Assembly (NCBI GenBank): GCA_964270895.1
Contig: OZ185435.1
Reading direction: 5' to 3' (one strand)
DNA length: 64,000 bases
DNA from: Podarcis filfolensis
Lineage: Eukaryota
Under the pieces are notes generated by a model. The model was given only the letters and a program-made list of their open reading frames with translations, did no database searches and had not been told where the DNA came from. Positions 59,920-64,000 of the stretch are shown here, one piece after another. Position 1 is the stretch's first letter; each line of letters starts with the position of its first letter. Position numbers and translations under genes: made by a program.

Positions 59920-62900
59920 CCTTATTCACCAAGCCTATATTTGGAGTATGCAATGTCTGAGAGAGCAAGTCAAACCATTGCCTCATGTCCAGTATGAATC
60001 TGGACTCTTAAAACTTTGCACAACAAATGGGGATTTATGCAGCTTCTGCCCTGCCCCTGCCGAAAAGTCCCCTTGTGTAGGAAATGTATACTTTGTGTGC
60101 CTTCTGCAATTTCCAGTTTTAATTTAAATAATATGAAGCACTCAGGAAAGACATGGGTTGTGATATAGGAGCATCAGTGGGATGGGGGAACTGGTGGAAA
60201 TCAGGGACGGGCACCTTGTATGAATAAAGCTGTCACGGGAGAAGTGACAAGTACTCTTAAGTGGAAATAAACCAACTGAAGAGCACTGAAAATTTAAGAC
60301 TACTACTTTTATCCACAGAAGGTGCTCCAGGGGCTTCTCCATTCATTTCCAACACTGAAGACACTATATATGTGTAATGACAGTGAAGAGACTGGGGAAT
60401 CTCCTCCCTATCACTGTGTGTATGTGTACATTGTATATACCTGGGCCTTGGATTAGAACCAATGGCTGATATAATTTGAACAGTAGCTGCTGTGGTAAGA
60501 ATGAAAGCAAACCAGCTATGCTGTTTTTTGTTTTTTTAAAAAAATAAATTCAAAAAGATTGCCCACTTCTTTGTGTTCAAAATAGATGGTTTATTGTAGC
60601 TTCTAAAAAAAAAAACCCCATCGTCATTCACGTTGTTAGATTCAAAAGGAGATGTTGAGTTTCTTGAAATGTGAACATTAAACTGTCAGTTCCTCAGTGC
60701 CTTATCTGAAAATTGCAGCTAGTAAGTCCCTGCCTCTGTGGGATTTGCAAGAATAAGTTGGAGAACCATTTTCAGCACTATTCATATCATGACTTCTTCA
60801 AGCGAAACATATTCCAGGAGAGCAGTAAAACACAGCTTTCTGTTCTAGAGTGATTTATAGATGCAACTGTGAGACGTCTTTGGCCCGTGTTGTTATAGTA
60901 TCTGAGTGCTTCATATTATTTAAATGCACTTGTATCTACATGATCCCTTGTATCACTGACAGCTGATATAACTGGTGGTTAAAACACTCAATCTGTATTC
61001 CAAGTGGCAATATATGTTTGAGTCTGAGGCCAGAACTAGCTATTTTATTACATTTGTGTCTTCTGTCAAAAGCAGCCGCTTTATACCCCCCAATTTCTCT
61101 GATAATCTAAGTCTGATTTGGGTGCTGAATCCCCTCACTTGCAAGCAAGCATGTGAAGAGAAATTAGGTGTTCTGCCAAGCCCTACCCTCTCTGGCATGT
61201 CAACTCTACATAAGTGTGAGGGCAAGGGCCTGAGGGAGGCAGCCTCTTGTACTCATGGACCTTGGCCACAAGATTAAGAATCCTGATTGTTCAGGGTTCA
61301 AAATAGTGGGGGGAGCCTCAAGTTGACATTTCTCCTCATGTCAAACCTTTGTCTTCATACTTGTGGAGGGCTCAAAACTATTGAGAGAGTGGGTTAGTCT
61401 TGGCAACACATCAACCCTTATTCTCATGTTTTGTTTTACACAAAGACTGGATCCCTGAATAGGGCTCTAGTAATTGTATGATGTGACATGGTCATAATCC
61501 AGCTTTCCTTAACCCTGAAAACAGCCACCAATGAAGTGGAATGGGGGTGAGGCCTCATAGTTGCCAAAACCATTCAGTTCTGGCCTTACGGCAACTCTAT
61601 GGTCATCACCTGCTTGATACATCATAATAAGGCAAGTTAAAGCGGTCAGATCTGGCAACATGCTGCAATTATTCCCTCCCTTTTTAAGGAATCATTATGA
61701 AATCCTTGTCTGTCAGATTCCCCTCCAGATTTTAGCATTCAGTTTTATAGTTTGACCATCCCACAGCCAACTATGTATAAATCAATTGTCTTCTGAAGGT
61801 GTGTTGGAGTAAAAATGTGGAGGAGCGTGGAATGAAATGATAATAAAAGGTAAATACAAAATTTAAAAGTGATTTTGGGTGTGTTAGAAATTACAAATAA
61901 ATATAGACTAGCTTTAGGGTTGTTGTTTTTTAACTTCAGCACTCCTGTGCAGTGCTATTTCCTTTTCCTTTTCAGAATTGTTCAACAGAACACCTGGAGT
62001 ATTTTTTTGAAAGAGGGAAATTGCACATGGTACCTATCCATGGGTGGTGGCCTCTGCCATGAAGTCAGAATTGGCTAGTAGCCAGGAGTCTAATGGGGTC
62101 ATGTGTGATCTCAGAAATGGGTCAGTGTGTTATTACAACGGCTTGTCAACCCTGAGGAGTACTCATCTTCAGCACTTTAAAACAGAGATATATACAGTAC
62201 AGTATAATCAATATTTCTTTTTGTCTTACATCTTTAGTCGCAGGGTTTTACACCTCGACTCTTCAACCAGATTTCCTTCCTGGTCTAGCAATTTGAGCAA
62301 GCCTCTGCTAGTGATTATTCAAACTCAAATGAGCAAATGGCAAAGAATTAACTACATACTCAGCTTCACTTCGCTTAAATGACTACATTACATGCAGACT
62401 TCAGGGCCAAAGTTCAGGCCCCCACAGTCCCTGTACTTGGGTGGATAGCTGAGCAAAATAACACGCTACGCTCTCCACTCCCCAGATGATACTCTAAAGT
62501 GAGGAGCAGTTGACTGTGGGCGGCAGAGGAAACTGCACTGTGCCTTATGAAGCAAATCACTGTGCAACCCAGGTTCCAGTAGCTCATCAACTTCCAGCTG
62601 CAAATGGCAGGCTGCTGGAAGTTCAGCCAGTAAAGTGATACACAGCACTAGCCACTTGGTTGGTCAAAAAGGTTTTTCAAGAAAGCACAAGTGGAGTAGC
62701 AGGCAGCAGCAGTGGAGGCAGGAGAGAGGAAATAAGAATGGCTCTGCTGACCAAAAGGTTTAAAATGTGGGGCAGCAGCAAGGGGGACACCATCATAGAA
62801 GTGGAGCTAGGAGAAAGCAGTGGGCCAGGGCAACAGTGGTGGAGAAATGACCAGAGCAGCGTGGGCCCTGTCGCAGAGGACCCCTGGCTTGGTGCATTCT

Positions 62901-63869
62901 CAAACCCTGAAGTGCCTCTGGTTTACACCCATACTCACACCCACCCACCCACCTATGTCCAGCCTTTCCCCCCTCTTTTCACAGACTGCCTTTCTAGCTA
63001 CCACAGGAGCCTGTAATAATAGAAGTCTCCTGCAGGAGCACTTGGCCTTTCTCCCATTAAAATATGTACCACCACACATCAGCTTATTGATTCAAGGAAA
63101 TAAATCTCTGCAGGAGCAAATATTGACTTTTGTTATGAAAATGGAAGTGAATAACTAACTGAACATTGATTTTGGAAAGGAATGAAAAAGGGCAGGTTTT
63201 TAATTTCTCCCCCCTTCCTAAGTGTTCTTTTAAAAAGGATAACATTTCAGTCGGGAAAAGAATAGCTTAGAAAGTAGTCAACTAAAGATGACAAATCTCT
63301 GCTTACACAGAAAAGGATGTTGTTGCCAAATGACTTAAAGGTTGGGTTCTGCATGGGGCGTATTGCAAATCTTCTGTTCCCTGACAATGACTGTGCTGTT
63401 GCTTTATTTCTGTTAAGTATTATACATCATAAACACAGTGCTTCTTGGCCAAGCTAAACATGGAGCCTCGAGACGTCTTGGGATTTGCAGGGGCCTGATA
63501 GAAGGCACAAGGGGATTTCCAGGAGATCAACCCACACTTGACTGTGAGGGCTGTTTAATATATAATATATAACATAGCTGTGACAAAACTCATGGTTGCC
63601 ACCAACTTCAGGGAACCAAACCTAATTCAGTCTCGCTAGAGAGTACTATGACGTATGATCTGTACTATGATGGCCCACTGGACCTGTAAAGCTGAAGACA
63701 GGGAAACCAAGTAGTAGGTGGAGCCAGAGCCCATGACTGGTTTTAAGAAAGAAAGAAAGCTGCTCGAGGGTACATGAAGGTTAATAGAGCAGTGGCCATT
63801 CACCCTAATGAGCCAGTTTCTTCTGCATCTATATAAGACATGCATCTTGCCAACACATGCTTATGTACA

Positions 63870-64000
63870 CAGTCGTACCTCTGGTTACGAACGCTTCTGG
63901 TTATGCACGCTTCGGGTTATGAGCTCCGCTAACCCAGAAGTAGTTGCTCCTGGTTGCAAACTTTGCCCCAGGATGCGAGCGGAAGTCGTGTGCCAGAGGC
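63870..64000 (+). mobile_element. Tigger-like MITE, diverged relative, cut by the window end
   Basis: cagtcgtacctctggttacgaacgcttctggttatgcacgcttcgggttatgagctccgctaacccagaag parallels the 5' end of copies 1 and 3. Confidence 0.75.

Noticed and set aside
62585-62625. Hairpin aacttccagc...gctggaagtt as a possible pre-miRNA
   Set aside because: A 10-bp stem is too short for a miRNA precursor and there is no other support.
52299-64000. Expected next PDIA5 exon with the CPHC active site
   Set aside because: Searched by eye on the minus strand and not found. It is probably beyond the window end, though I may have missed a short exon; tblastn would settle it.

Overview
Vertebrate genomic DNA, very probably from a lacertid lizard (inferred from the Sauria-SINE, Squam2/Squam3-like SINE and lizard-type L2/CR1/Tigger repeats). 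Three syntenic protein-coding genes are supported by splice sites, reading-frame continuity and recognisable protein sequence: the last two exons of ADCY5 (+, 136-1380), complete SEC22A (-, six coding exons 18221-8309, 308 aa, plus a putative non-coding exon 1 in a CpG island at ~27.2 kb) and the last two exons of PDIA5 (-, 52298-48289, ending in KDEL). This matches the PDIA5-SEC22A-ADCY5 order I recall from other amniotes. The rest is intron or intergenic DNA rich in transposon relics, and almost all ORFs in the supplied track look spurious. Most notable oddities: (1) a 170-bp perfect inverted duplication attached to two otherwise diverged Tigger-like MITEs (40797-40966 / 43734-43903), with a junction that looks like a transposon-end footprint; (2) a solo LTR with a 5-bp TSD whose first three quarters is one open frame ending in an Arg/Lys-rich peptide; (3) a composite TIR element carrying an L2 3' end; (4) hints of an unannotated plus-strand spliced transcript between the SEC22A promoter and a back-to-back poly(A) site at 46.75 kb. 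I see no clear evidence of a new multi-gene system. Comparisons to human proteins and repeat consensuses are from memory, not from searches, and boundaries of old repeats are approximate.
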